From: Bacteroidota bacterium
GTDB taxonomy: Bacteria > Bacteroidota > Ignavibacteria > Kapaibacteriales > UBA961
DNA: 64,000 bases
Direction of reading: 5' to 3'
NCBI GenBank assembly: GCA_964204605.1
Contig: OZ123195.1
Coordinates: 419,357-483,356, forward strand
In this document: positions 40,789 through 51,147 of the stretch, piece after piece
Numbering within the stretch: position 1 is the first letter of the stretch
How the letters are laid out: each line of letters starts with the position of its first letter
Translations under genes and position numbers: made by a program
Notes under the pieces: generated by a model
What the model was told of the DNA's origin: nothing
The model's database searches: none
The model's input: only the letters and a program-made list of their open reading frames with translations

Positions 40789-41532
40789 TTATTTACAACA
40801 ATCTTTCATAGCAGCACAAGCTTCTGTATTATCACAAGCCGGTTTGATAATACCACTAAATACTGCTATTGGAATTGATAAATATCCAATGAGAAATATA
40901 GCTGCTAGGGCAGGGCCAATCCTAGAAGTAAGAGCTAAATATTTTGGATTATGTATTCCTAGTGTTCTAAAAGCACTTGAAACAGAATGGCTTATATGTG
41001 CAGATACAAATATGATTGCAAATAGATAGCTAAGGGCAATAAAAGGATTCTGGAAACCAGCTACAACCATATTGAATACATTATGAACTACTTCTCCAGA
41101 TGTAAGGGTATAACTATTATCAAAATACGTTTGAGGCTGAATAAGGCCAAAAGTATAATGTAATAAATGATAGATGACAAAGAAAAGTATTGCTAGCCCA
41201 GAATACATCATTGTTCTTGAAGCAAATGTAGATTTAAGTGATTTTTTTTCTTGATATGCAATCGGACGTGCAGCACGATTTCGATTAGATAGTTTTATTG
41301 AAGACCAAACATGTAGTCCTAAAGCTGATATCAACGTTAATCTTACAATCCATAAAAGTGGCCCAAGACTTTTTAAACCAAAAGCATATGCATTTATTTT
41401 TTCTGGACCACTAAACATCAACAAGTTTCCTAGAAGATGTCCAGCTAAAAACCCAACAATCATCAAACCCGTAACTGCCATCACTATTTTGGTGAAAACG
41501 GTTGAACGGAGAAATTGAAAAAGAGAAAACAT
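40789..41532 (-). CDS. sdhC: Succinate dehydrogenase cytochrome b subunit
   Basis: KIVMAVTG...GHLLGN, LHV, YHLLH and AHISH heme-ligating histidines in TM helices; upstream of sdhA. Confidence 0.93.
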   Translation of the reverse strand: MFSLFQFLRSTVFTKIVMAVTGLMIVGFLAGHLLGNLLMFSGPEKINAYAFGLKSLGPLLWIVRLTLISALGLHVWSSIKLSNRNRAARPIAYQEKKSLKSTFASRTMMYSGLAILFFVIYHLLHYTFGLIQPQTYFDNSYTLTSGEVVHNVFNMVVAGFQNPFIALSYLFAIIFVSAHISHSVSSAFRTLGIHNPKYLALTSRIGPALAAIFLIGYLSIPIAVFSGIIKPACDNTEACAAMKDCCK

Positions 41533-41585
41533 GAACTATATCCTTGATAATTTAGATCTAAAATACATAATTGAGGGTTTTGCGT

Positions 41586-41593
41586 CAAAGGTA
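41586..41593 (-). promoter_or_regulatory. TAnnTTTG-type promoter element for sdhCAB
   Basis: Minus strand TACCTTTG in the short gap upstream of sdhC. Confidence 0.5.
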
Positions 41594-41599
41594 AAAGTC

Positions 41600-42298
41600 T
41601 TATACTTGGGCTTCATAGTAGTATTGAGCCCCAAACGGTAAAAAACCTAGCATTGGTTCCAATGGTCTAAGGAATCCAACAAAAGCTGGAAAAAAAAGTG
41701 TAAATGTTCTTTTTCTTATAGAAAATCCAGATTCCTTATATATATGTTCCGAATAAGATGGAGGAAGCAAAACTGCATCAATATCGAATGGACAATCTTT
41801 AATTGTTTTTACAGTGATCGGATTCCAAGGATTATGTTCAAACATAAAAATCATTCCTCCTGGGCGCAGATGATTCTTTAAATCCTTAAGAATTCTTATA
41901 TGTTCTGAATGAGGAATATGATGAAATACATTTGCAATAAAAATGATATCAAATGTATCTGAAAATGGTATTGCCCCTGTTTCAGATAATAGTTCCCATT
42001 GAATTCCGGGAACATCTTTATTTGCACTTTTAGCCATATCTAATGAATCTTGCGAAACATCGGCACCAATAATTGAAGAGCTAGGAAAGTATTTTCTTAA
42101 TAATGGTTCACTTTTACCAATACCACATCCAAAGTTTAGGATATGTACATGTTCTTTGTCTCTTCCATATATTTTCAATTTCCGATGTATTTCTTTTACT
42201 TTATATTCATCAAAAAAAGCGGGCTCATATCCAGAAGCCTTAACATTTTGAGCATGCATCGATTGATATTCTAATGCGTATTTATCAAATTCACTCAT
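41600..42298 (-). CDS. Class I SAM-dependent methyltransferase
   Basis: ILNFGCGIG, FDIIF..NVFHH, LRPGG, EHNP.NP. Confidence 0.88.
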   Translation of the reverse strand: MSEFDKYALEYQSMHAQNVKASGYEPAFFDEYKVKEIHRKLKIYGRDKEHVHILNFGCGIGKSEPLLRKYFPSSSIIGADVSQDSLDMAKSANKDVPGIQWELLSETGAIPFSDTFDIIFIANVFHHIPHSEHIRILKDLKNHLRPGGMIFMFEHNPWNPITVKTIKDCPFDIDAVLLPPSYSEHIYKESGFSIRKRTFTLFFPAFVGFLRPLEPMLGFLPFGAQYYYEAQV

Positions 42299-43253
42299 TG
42301 AGTTCTTTCCTATAAATATCTTCTATAACATATAATGGACGATATTTTGTCTCATCGTGGATTCGTCCTAAATATTCGCCAATCATCCCTAATGCAAGTA
42401 ATTGCGTGCCACCTAAAAGTAAAATACATATGATAAGAGAAGCCCACCCTAATTCAATATGCGCATCAGGCATAAATAGCTTAAGTATAATAATATAAAG
42501 ACTATATAAAAAGCCAAGAAATGCTGTGATAATTCCAATATAAGATGATAGTTTTAATGGTATTGAAGAAAATGAAGTTATACCATCAACAGCAAATTTT
42601 ATCATTTTTGTTAATGTATATTTAGTTTCTCCGGAATGTCTCTCATTACGTTCATATTCCATACCGATTTGATTGAAGCCTATCCAACTAATCATACCAC
42701 GAATAAATCTATGGCGTTCTTTCATCGATTTTAACACATTGACAACACGTCTACTCATAATTCTAAAATCACCAGTATCAACAGGTATATCAACATTGGT
42801 TAATTTTCTTAAAACACGATAAAACAAAGAAGCGGTAAACAATTTAAAAAAGCTTTCTCCATCTCTTTTTTTTCTTACGGCATATACAACATCATAACCC
42901 TTTAACATTGTTACATATAAATCAACAATAGTTTCTGGAGGATCTTGCAAATCTCCATCAATAACTGCAATTGCATCACCTAGTGCTATGTCTATGCCAG
43001 CTGTAATTGCAATTTGATGTCCATGATTTCTTGATAAATTTAAGAGCACATAACCTGGAAGATCTTCACAAAGATGTTTGAGAAGATTCACAGTATTATC
43101 TGTAGACCCATCATTAACAAAAATCACTTCTATTTCATGAGCATTAATGCCACATTTTGACAGAAATAATTGTTTTGTATTCTCCATTCTTTCATAAAAA
43201 GCATGAATGATACCTTCTTCATTATACATTGGTACTACAATTGAAATTCTCAT
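42291..43253 (-). CDS. Family 2 glycosyltransferase, GtrB/polyprenyl-phosphate glycosyltransferase-like
   Basis: VNDGSTD, LSRNHGHQ, IDGDLQDPP, DTGDFR, two C-terminal TMs, GEYLGRI..E...RP.Y. Confidence 0.9.
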   Translation of the reverse strand: MRISIVVPMYNEEGIIHAFYERMENTKQLFLSKCGINAHEIEVIFVNDGSTDNTVNLLKHLCEDLPGYVLLNLSRNHGHQIAITAGIDIALGDAIAVIDGDLQDPPETIVDLYVTMLKGYDVVYAVRKKRDGESFFKLFTASLFYRVLRKLTNVDIPVDTGDFRIMSRRVVNVLKSMKERHRFIRGMISWIGFNQIGMEYERNERHSGETKYTLTKMIKFAVDGITSFSSIPLKLSSYIGIITAFLGFLYSLYIIILKLFMPDAHIELGWASLIICILLLGGTQLLALGMIGEYLGRIHDETKYRPLYVIEDIYRKELNE

Positions 43254-43256
43254 AGT

Positions 43257-45035
43257 TTATGCCTGATTATGTGCAGTTAATTCGGCTGTGAAACCAATAA
43301 ATTCTTCTTCTAATTGTTGGCGTTCATGCATAGAAGCATATATGCCTTTTTTTGATAATAACTCAAGATGCGTACCCGATTCTACTATTGCACCTTTTAG
43401 TAAAACAATAATATTATCGCATAATGAAACAGTAGAAATACGGTGAGCGATAAGAATAGTAGTTCTGTTTACCATTAATGTTGATAAACCTTTTAAGATT
43501 ATTTCTTCTGTAGCTGTATCTACGGCAGAGAAAGCATCATCTAATACTAATATTTTGGGATTTCGGACAATTGCTCTTGCGATTGCAGTTCTTTGCTTTT
43601 GCCCACCAGATAGTGTTATGCCACGTTCTCCAACTATTGTATTATACCCATTTGGTAAATCTTCAATATCTTGAGCTAAGCCTGCTGATTGCGCTGCTTC
43701 TTTAATTTCTTGCTCACTTGCTTCTGGTTTGCCAAAACGAATATTATCTGCAAGTGACATACTAAAAAGGAATGCTTCTTGTTGAACAAGGCCTATACAG
43801 GAACGTAATTCTTGTAAAGAAATATCTTTAATATCAATACCATCTATCTTTATCGAGCCAGATGTTAAATCGAATAGGCGTGGTAAAAGGCTTGCTAAAG
43901 TTGATTTTCCGCTCCCAGTTGCCCCTACAATACCAAGTGAACTGCCTGCTTTAACCTCAAATGTGATTGAATCTAATGCCTTTTCTTTTCTATCAGGATA
44001 TTGCATTGTTACATGGTGAAAACTAATGCGTGGGTTTTGTATGTGTTGTGAAGAATTGGCATCTTCTTTATACGATATTGAGGGTATCATATCCATAATA
44101 TCACCAACTCTTTTTGCTGATGCTGCTGCCCTTTGAACTAAATTACTTACCCAGCCGATTGCTGCAACCGGCCATATCAATTGATTTAAATAAATAAAAA
44201 ATTGCGTGATATCACCTAAAGTAGCCTGATTTCTAATTACTTGAATACCGCCATATCCAAGAACTAAAAGATTGGAAAAACCAACTAAAGCCATCATAGA
44301 AGGCATTGTTAATGATTGAAAAAAAGCAAGCTTAATATTTCGGAATTTATATTCTTCACTTTGTTGGGAAAACTGCTTGTATTCATAGTCTTCCCTTTGA
44401 TAAGCTTTTATTACCCTTACACCGCTAAAGGATTCTTGAGCATGTGCAGTTAAATGAGAAAATTGTTCTTGTACTTCTCTAAATCCATCATGTACTTTTT
44501 TTCCAATTCTATATGTTAAAAAAGCCATAAATGGTAAAGGAATCAAAGCTAATAAAGTAATTGATAGATTAATTGAGCTCATCAAGGCTAATGCAAATGT
44601 AAATGTAGTGATAGTATTGGCTGAATACATGATAGCTGGACCCAAGAATTCACGGATTGCAGCAATATCATTTGTCGTTAAAGCCATTAATGAGCCGGTA
44701 GAATTTCCATGAAAAAACGAAAGAGATTGAATTTCTAAAGCCTGTAATAAATCATTTCTTAATTCATATTCAATTAATCGAGATGTTACAATAATTGTTC
44801 TTCTAGTAAGGTACATAAAAAAACCAGAGCCAATAGTAAGCGCAAGAATGAGTCCAATAGAAAGATAAACTTGCTGTGAATCTATGGTAGCCCTTTGCAT
44901 TCCATCTACAATACGTCCAACAAAGCGTGGCACAGAAGTAGAACAAACATTAGATAATGTTACAAAAAGAAAGCCCAGCATAAGTTGGGCTTTATGTCTT
45001 TTCAAATAGGGGAATAATCTTTTTAATTCTTTCAT
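43257..45035 (-). CDS. ABC exporter, fused permease/ATPase (MdlA-like)
   Basis: N-terminal TM domain; Walker A GATGSGKS, LSGGQKQR signature, LVLDD, AHR. Confidence 0.93.
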   Translation of the reverse strand: MKELKRLFPYLKRHKAQLMLGFLFVTLSNVCSTSVPRFVGRIVDGMQRATIDSQQVYLSIGLILALTIGSGFFMYLTRRTIIVTSRLIEYELRNDLLQALEIQSLSFFHGNSTGSLMALTTNDIAAIREFLGPAIMYSANTITTFTFALALMSSINLSITLLALIPLPFMAFLTYRIGKKVHDGFREVQEQFSHLTAHAQESFSGVRVIKAYQREDYEYKQFSQQSEEYKFRNIKLAFFQSLTMPSMMALVGFSNLLVLGYGGIQVIRNQATLGDITQFFIYLNQLIWPVAAIGWVSNLVQRAAASAKRVGDIMDMIPSISYKEDANSSQHIQNPRISFHHVTMQYPDRKEKALDSITFEVKAGSSLGIVGATGSGKSTLASLLPRLFDLTSGSIKIDGIDIKDISLQELRSCIGLVQQEAFLFSMSLADNIRFGKPEASEQEIKEAAQSAGLAQDIEDLPNGYNTIVGERGITLSGGQKQRTAIARAIVRNPKILVLDDAFSAVDTATEEIILKGLSTLMVNRTTILIAHRISTVSLCDNIIVLLKGAIVESGTHLELLSKKGIYASMHERQQLEEEFIGFTAELTAHNQA

Positions 45036-45045
45036 ATTGATTGCA

Positions 45046-46110
45046 TCATGCTATAGTAATTTCTGGACACAAATACACATCTTGAATTGTATTCAATAGT
45101 GCTATGCCTTCTTTCATTGGCCTTTGGAATGCTTTTCTTCCTGATATCAAACCCATTCCACCTGCTCTTTTATTAATAACTGCGGTTATAGCTGCTTCTG
45201 CAAAATCATTAGAACCGGATGCACCACCAGAATTGATAAGTCCAATTCTGCCCATATAACAATTTGCTACTTGATAACGGCATAAATCAATTGGATGGTC
45301 TGAGCTTAATTCTGAATACATACGATTATCTAATTTCCCATAACTAGAATTACCCATATTAAGTGAAGAGTATCCACCATTGTTTTCAGGCAATTTTTGT
45401 TTAATAATATCAGCTCCTAAAGTAACGCCCAAGTGATTTGCCTGGCCGGTTAAATCAGCAGAAATATGATAATCTTTATCTGATTTAAAAGCTGAATTTC
45501 TTAGATAACACCATAAAATAGTTGCCATACCCAATTGATGCGCATGTGCAAAAGCTTGTGAAATATCTACTATTTGTCTAGAGCTTTCGGGAGATCCAAA
45601 ATAAATAGTTGCTCCAATCGCTGCAGCTCCCATTTCATATGCTTGCTGAACTGTTCCAAATAGTATTTGATCTGCCTTATTTGGATAGGTAAGGAGTTCA
45701 TTATGATTAATCTTGACGATATATGGAATTTTATGGGCATATAAACGAGAAGTCATAGCTAATACACCAAAAGTAGAAGCTACTGCATTACAACCACCTT
45801 CAATTGCAAGACTAATGATATTTTCTGGGTCAAAATATGCTGGGTTTTTAGCAAAGCTAGCACCTGCAGAATGTTCTATTCCTTGGTCAACAGGAAGTAT
45901 AGAAGTATATCCTGTACCAGAAAGCCTTCCATGTGAAAAAATTCTTTGTAAATTTTGTAAAACACGATTAGATCTATCTGAAACAGAATATATTCTATCT
46001 ACAGCGTCGCCACCAGGTAGATGTAAACTGGATTTATCAACTGTATTACAAGTATGATCTAAAAAATAAGAGGCTTGGCCGCCTAAAAGCGAGGCTATAT
46101 GGTCAATCAT
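45046..46110 (-). CDS. fbaB: Class I fructose-bisphosphate aldolase
   Basis: [47 protein letters not shown]. Confidence 0.95.
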   Translation of the reverse strand: MIDHIASLLGGQASYFLDHTCNTVDKSSLHLPGGDAVDRIYSVSDRSNRVLQNLQRIFSHGRLSGTGYTSILPVDQGIEHSAGASFAKNPAYFDPENIISLAIEGGCNAVASTFGVLAMTSRLYAHKIPYIVKINHNELLTYPNKADQILFGTVQQAYEMGAAAIGATIYFGSPESSRQIVDISQAFAHAHQLGMATILWCYLRNSAFKSDKDYHISADLTGQANHLGVTLGADIIKQKLPENNGGYSSLNMGNSSYGKLDNRMYSELSSDHPIDLCRYQVANCYMGRIGLINSGGASGSNDFAEAAITAVINKRAGGMGLISGRKAFQRPMKEGIALLNTIQDVYLCPEITIA

Positions 46111-46163
46111 TAACAATCCTTAAAGTTATTGTTTGGGATTGAAGAAACATGAATTTGCTAAGA

Positions 46164-46171
46164 CAAAATTA
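46164..46171 (-). promoter_or_regulatory. TAnnTTTG-type promoter element for the fbaB operon
   Basis: Minus strand TAATTTTG upstream of fbaB. Confidence 0.5.
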
Positions 46172-46370
46172 CGTGATTTTGATGAATAAAATCGTGGGTT
46201 TATTTGCAATTTTAGTGTTTGATTTCTCCTAATGATTATATATCTATCAAACATATTATAATGAACTAAACAATTTATATATTCCTAATTCCTTCAAAAT
46301 CCTTATTTTCGATTTCCTTTTTTTTAGAAGGTAGGTATAATCATAGCCCTGGTTGTGATGAAAGTACTAC

Positions 46371-46457
46371 GGAAAGGTGCAAGAGTGGTTTAATTGGCAC
46401 GCCTGGAAAGCGTGTGAGCCTGTAAGGGTTCCGCGGGTTCGAATCCCGCCCTTTCCG
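46371..46457 (+). tRNA. tRNA-Ser(GGA)
   Basis: GGAAAGG/CCTTTCC acceptor stem, CACGC-CTGGAAA-GCGTG anticodon arm, long variable arm, GGTTCGAATCC T-arm, discriminator G; CCA not encoded. Confidence 0.95.
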
Positions 46458-46458
46458 C

Positions 46459-46491
46459 AAGCCATCCCTATTGTTGGGGATGGCTTTTTTT
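46459..46491 (+). terminator. Intrinsic terminator after tRNA-Ser(GGA)
   Basis: AAGCCATCCC...GGGATGGCTT followed by a T run. Confidence 0.85.
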
Positions 46492-46555
46492 ATTTTGTCT
46501 GAATAAAAAAATTAGAAAAACCAATAAATTCTGCATCCAAGACTTGCTTTTTTCG

Positions 46556-46563
46556 TATTTTTG
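46556..46563 (+). promoter_or_regulatory. TAnnTTTG-type promoter element for gyrA
   Basis: TATTTTTG about 38 nt upstream of the gyrA ATG. Confidence 0.5.
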
Positions 46564-46600
46564 CATGTAAGATTTTTCCTTAAATACTCAGAAAAACACT

Positions 46601-49105
46601 ATGTCATCGCTCCTTAGCGAGCGCATTCTTCCTGTTATGCTAGAAGATGAAATGCGCGCCTCTTATCTTGCTTATTCAATGTCTGTAATAGTTTCACGTG
46701 CATTACCTGATGTGCGTGATGGTTTAAAGCCAGTTCACCGTAGAATTCTCTATGCAATGTATGAACTAGGTTTAATGCCAAATAAACCATATAAAAAATC
46801 TGCTCGTCTGGTTGGGGAAGTACTTGGTAAATATCATCCCCATGGAGATTCTTCTGTTTATGATGCAATGGTACGTTTGGCTCAAGGTTGGTCTATGCGT
46901 TATCCACTTGTTGATGGACAGGGTAATTATGGATCTGTAGATGGCGATCCACCAGCAGCTATGCGTTATACTGAATCTAAATTAGCATCAATTGCAATGG
47001 AGACATTGCGAGATATTGATAAAAATACGGTTGATTATCGCCCTAATTTTGATGATTCTCTAGAAGAACCTACAGTGTTACCTACTTCTTTACCTACTTT
47101 GTTAATAAACGGAGCTGGTGGAATTGCTGTAGGTATGGCTACAAATATACCTCCTCATAATCTTAATGAAGTTGTTGATGCTTTACAAGCATTGATCATT
47201 AATCCAGAAATTACGATTTCTGAATTGATGCAATATGTAAAGGCACCTGATTTTCCAACTGGTGGTATTATCTATGGATATGAAGGTGTTAAAGATGGTT
47301 ATCATACTGGGCGTGGCCGTGTTTTAGTTCGTGCTAAAGCAAGTATTGAGGCTACAAAAACCAAAGAAACAATTATTATTACTGAATTACCCTATCAAGT
47401 AGGTAAGGCTTCATTAATTGAAAAAATTGCAGATTTAGTAAGGGCCAAAGTACTTGAAGATATTTCTGATATCAGAGATGAATCAGATCGTGATGGAATG
47501 CGAATTGTTATTGAGTTAAAGCGTGATGCCACACCTATGGTTGTTTTAAACAATTTGTATAAGCATACACAATTGCAAACAACTTTTGGTATTAATATGT
47601 TAGCTTTAGTGAAGGGCCGTCCAAAGGTTCTTACATTAAAAGAAATGATGGAAGAATTCTTAAAACATCGAAATGAAGTAATTGTTAGAAGGACACAGTT
47701 TGAATTAGATGCTGCAGATAGAAGAGCCCATATTTTAGAAGGTTTTATTATTGCTTTAGACAATATTGATGAAGTAATTAAAACCATTAAGCAATCTAAA
47801 GATGCACCTACAGCTAGTATAAATTTACAGTCAAGATTTAGTTTGTCTGAAATTCAGGCCAAAGCTATTCTTGAAATGCGTTTACAAAGATTAACTGGTT
47901 TAGAAAGAGATAAAATTCAAGCTGAATATAGAGAGATTATTCAATTAATTGAAAAGTTGAAATCTATTTTAGCTAGCAAAGAATTGCAGATGCAAATAAT
48001 TAGCGATGAATTAGCTGAGATACGAAAAAAATATGGTGATGAACGCAGAACAGAGATAGTTCATGATGCCAGAGATTTCACATTAGAAGATATGATAGCC
48101 AATGAAGAAATGATCGTAACTATTTCTCATAAAGGTTTCATTAAACGTACTGCAGTAAGTAATTATAGACGTCAAAATAAAGGTGGCCGTGGCGCAAGCG
48201 GAGCTGGTACATATGATGATGATTATGTAGAACAAGTATTCCGTGCAGCAACACATCATTATTTATTATTCTTTACCGATCGCGGTAGAGTATTCAGAGT
48301 TAAAGTATATGATTTAACCGAAGCAAGCAGAAATGCAAAGGGCAGATCATTAGCAAATGTTATCGAAAAAGCTAATGAAGAAAAAGTAACAGCTACTTTA
48401 ACAGTAAAAGAATTCCCAGATAATCTCTATATCTTTATGGCTACAGCCAATGGTACTGTAAAGAAAACATTATTATCAGAATTTGAAAGTGTAAGAGCAA
48501 ATGGAAAAATTGCCATTAATCTTCATGATGATGATAGTTTGATTAGCGCAAAAATTACAGATGGATCGAATGATATTATCTTAGCATCTAATGCTGGTTT
48601 AGCTTGTAGATTCCGCGAGAGTGATGTTCGCCCAATGGGTAGAACTGCAGCAGGAGTTATTGGTATGCAATTAGGCGATACTGAAAGAGTAATCTCGATG
48701 GTATCTATAAAACGTCCTGATTCTCAAATAATCGTTGTTGGTGAAAGAGGTTATGGAAAACGAACCAATTATGAGGATTTCAGGCTAACAAAACGTGGTG
48801 CTAAAGGTGTGATATCTATGAATATTACTGATAAAACTGGCGAAGTTGTTAGTGTCATGGAAGTACAAGATACTGAAGATTTAGTAGTAATGACAGTTGG
48901 CGGTATTCTTATTCGTCAACAAGTTAAAGATATTAGAATCATCGGTAGAAATACACAAGGTGTTCGCCTGATTAGACTAGAAGAAGGTGATAAGATAGCA
49001 GATATTACTACTGTTCCTCATGAAGAAGATGAGGATGAAACAGATACAGTAGAAGGAAATGAAATCATAACACCTACTAATTCTGACCAACTAGAACTGT
49101 TGTAA
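46601..49105 (+). CDS. gyrA: DNA gyrase subunit A
   Basis: [31 protein letters not shown] (catalytic Tyr), GyrA-box-like QNKGGRG, beta-pinwheel repeats, acidic tail. Confidence 0.96.
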   Translation: MSSLLSERILPVMLEDEMRASYLAYSMSVIVSRALPDVRDGLKPVHRRILYAMYELGLMPNKPYKKSARLVGEVLGKYHPHGDSSVYDAMVRLAQGWSMRYPLVDGQGNYGSVDGDPPAAMRYTESKLASIAMETLRDIDKNTVDYRPNFDDSLEEPTVLPTSLPTLLINGAGGIAVGMATNIPPHNLNEVVDALQALIINPEITISELMQYVKAPDFPTGGIIYGYEGVKDGYHTGRGRVLVRAKASIEATKTKETIIITELPYQVGKASLIEKIADLVRAKVLEDISDIRDESDRDGMRIVIELKRDATPMVVLNNLYKHTQLQTTFGINMLALVKGRPKVLTLKEMMEEFLKHRNEVIVRRTQFELDAADRRAHILEGFIIALDNIDEVIKTIKQSKDAPTASINLQSRFSLSEIQAKAILEMRLQRLTGLERDKIQAEYREIIQLIEKLKSILASKELQMQIISDELAEIRKKYGDERRTEIVHDARDFTLEDMIANEEMIVTISHKGFIKRTAVSNYRRQNKGGRGASGAGTYDDDYVEQVFRAATHHYLLFFTDRGRVFRVKVYDLTEASRNAKGRSLANVIEKANEEKVTATLTVKEFPDNLYIFMATANGTVKKTLLSEFESVRANGKIAINLHDDDSLISAKITDGSNDIILASNAGLACRFRESDVRPMGRTAAGVIGMQLGDTERVISMVSIKRPDSQIIVVGERGYGKRTNYEDFRLTKRGAKGVISMNITDKTGEVVSVMEVQDTEDLVVMTVGGILIRQQVKDIRIIGRNTQGVRLIRLEEGDKIADITTVPHEEDEDETDTVEGNEIITPTNSDQLELL

Positions 49106-49171
49106 TGTATTGATAATTAAGGTGTTAAAAATTAACTTCTTAAACAGTTTGTGAACTTGTACAGAAGTGCT

Positions 49172-49179
49172 TATTTTTG
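49172..49179 (+). promoter_or_regulatory. TAnnTTTG-type promoter element for tRNA-Ser(GCT)
   Basis: TATTTTTG about 19 nt upstream of the tRNA, with TTTG further upstream at 49148-49151. Confidence 0.55.
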
Positions 49180-49197
49180 CGCCAGATTAAATATGTC

Positions 49198-49288
49198 GGA
49201 GGGATGGCCGAGAGGCTGAAGGCACCGGTTTGCTAAACCGACGTAGTGTTTTTAAACGCTACCGAGGGTTCGAATCCCTCTCCCTCCG
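49198..49288 (+). tRNA. tRNA-Ser(GCT)
   Basis: GGAGGGA/TCCCTCC acceptor stem, CGGT-TTGCTAA-ACCG anticodon arm, long variable arm, GGTTCGAATCC, discriminator G; CCA not encoded. Confidence 0.95.
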
Positions 49289-49298
49289 CTACCTTTTT

Positions 49299-49341
49299 AA
49301 AGAACCAATTGATTGCTAACGCATTAATTGGTTCTTTTTTT
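49299..49341 (+). terminator. Intrinsic terminator after tRNA-Ser(GCT)
   Basis: AAAGAACCAATT...AATTGGTTCTTT followed by a T run. Confidence 0.75.
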
Positions 49342-49522
49342 ATTTCTATAATTAAGGAACAAGATTTCGATGAAGAATATGATAGAATGTGAGAGTAATA
49401 TTTTTACATGAAAATATTTAGTGATATATTTCTGATATTAACACATTATTCGTAAAAAGCAGTAATTTTTACAAGTAACAGAATGGTAAAACGAATTAAC
49501 TCTATTTTAAGGAAAAAAGCTG

Positions 49523-50056
49523 ATGAAAGATTTTATACTTGTGATTATTGTAGTACTTACATCGTATAGCTGTAGTAAAGCACAATCACTGAAAGCAATT
49601 TCCCAAAGTGGTGCTGAAGAAACATATTCATTGAATAAACCACTTACAATTACTTTTGATTCATCTTCATTTGTCTTTACTTCAGGTTCAACTGTAATAA
49701 AGAAATGGGGATTTGGAGAGTTGAGAATACTTATTGATGATATTAATGCTAATGGGACAATAGATGTAAAAGAAAAAAATATATCTAATCAACCTAATAC
49801 GGTACATGTTTATCCCCAGCCTATATTCGATAAATTCAATGTATCTTTTCATGTACCATTAAGCGGTCCAGTACACATTAATTTATATTCTTTAGTAGGT
49901 GACTTAGTATACTCATACTCACTAGGATATTTGGTCCAAGGAGAACACACCTCGTCAGTTAGTATTCCTTTTATTAGTACAGGTCAATATATTCTTAGTT
50001 TACAAGGAAATCTCTTCTTGTACAATATTCCACTCATTCATGTAGAAGGACAATAA
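49523..50056 (+). CDS. Small T9SS type A sorting domain-containing protein
   Basis: Signal peptide SKA-Q; about 60 aa N-terminal domain; CTD VHVYPQP...INLYSLVG...GQYIL. Confidence 0.75.
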   Translation: MKDFILVIIVVLTSYSCSKAQSLKAISQSGAEETYSLNKPLTITFDSSSFVFTSGSTVIKKWGFGELRILIDDINANGTIDVKEKNISNQPNTVHVYPQPIFDKFNVSFHVPLSGPVHINLYSLVGDLVYSYSLGYLVQGEHTSSVSIPFISTGQYILSLQGNLFLYNIPLIHVEGQ

Positions 50057-50058
50057 TT

Positions 50059-51123
50059 ATGAAATACTTTTTATACTTTTTTATTTGTATTCAATATGTA
50101 GCTGTGTTTTGTCAAAATCCATCTATACCCTCTATTCGGATTTTCAAAAGTGATAAATCAATCATTACTTACTCTTTGAAAGACATAGATAGTATCGTTA
50201 ATATTTCAATTGAACCAGTGAAGTTAATAACTGATTTAAAAGAAAAATATAATCCTTCTTTAGAGTGTACGGGAAAAATTACATTTAATGGTAATGACTC
50301 TATAACTGAATTCGGTTTTTGCTGGAGTAAAACAGAAAATCCTACTATTGATTCAGATAAATTATATTGTAAAAGTTTAGATGGTATTAACTTTTCAGGT
50401 AGATTTTACTCAATGACTAAAAATACCAAATATTATATAAGAGCTTTTGCATACAATAAAACTGGGATTTCTTATAGTAATCAAATAGAAGAAACTACTC
50501 TTAACTCTGATGACATAAAAATTGGATCTCAGCAATGGAATCAAAAAAATTTAGATGTATTTACTTTTCGAAATGGTGACTCAATAAGTCAAGCTAAAAA
50601 CTTGAAGGAATGGAATGAGTTATCAGATATGTATGGAGGTAAAGCATCATGGTGTTATTACAATTTTGATGAGAAAAATAGAGAGAAATATGGCAAACTA
50701 TACAATTGGTTTGCTGTAACTGATTCACGAGGATTAGCCCCGAATGGTTATCATATTCCAAGTCAACAAGAATGGACAAACCTAATTAGCTATTTAGGTG
50801 GGGAAGGTAATGCAAGCTTTAAGTTAAAAAATACAAGTGGTTGGGATTACGATCCTGGAGACAATACTAGTGAATTTTCTGCATTACCTGGAGGTTATTT
50901 TAATCCTCATGAAGAATTTAATTGGGGACTAGATTATATTTTTCAAGGTGAAGGACAACATGGATATTGGTGGACTTCTTCAACAGGAGCTTTAAATATG
51001 ACTGAGCTAGGTTTGCCAATAGCATATAACTTAAATCTCTTAACAGATATTTATGGCCCTATCAAAAGAGTTGTAAGTTTTTTTCGTAACTATGGTCTTT
51101 CTGTTCGTTGTATAAAAGACTAG
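50059..51123 (+). CDS. FISUMP (Fibrobacter succinogenes major paralogous) domain protein with an FN3-like domain
   Basis: GFCWS...PT and TKYYIRAFAYN..G.SY FN3-like unit; IGSQQW..KNL, YGKLYNW.AV, AP.GYHIPS..EW, FSALPGG, GYWWTSS, GLSVRCIKD. Confidence 0.9.
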   Translation: MKYFLYFFICIQYVAVFCQNPSIPSIRIFKSDKSIITYSLKDIDSIVNISIEPVKLITDLKEKYNPSLECTGKITFNGNDSITEFGFCWSKTENPTIDSDKLYCKSLDGINFSGRFYSMTKNTKYYIRAFAYNKTGISYSNQIEETTLNSDDIKIGSQQWNQKNLDVFTFRNGDSISQAKNLKEWNELSDMYGGKASWCYYNFDEKNREKYGKLYNWFAVTDSRGLAPNGYHIPSQQEWTNLISYLGGEGNASFKLKNTSGWDYDPGDNTSEFSALPGGYFNPHEEFNWGLDYIFQGEGQHGYWWTSSTGALNMTELGLPIAYNLNLLTDIYGPIKRVVSFFRNYGLSVRCIKD

Positions 51124-51147
51124 TCTCAAAAGAGGAGTTAACCTCAT

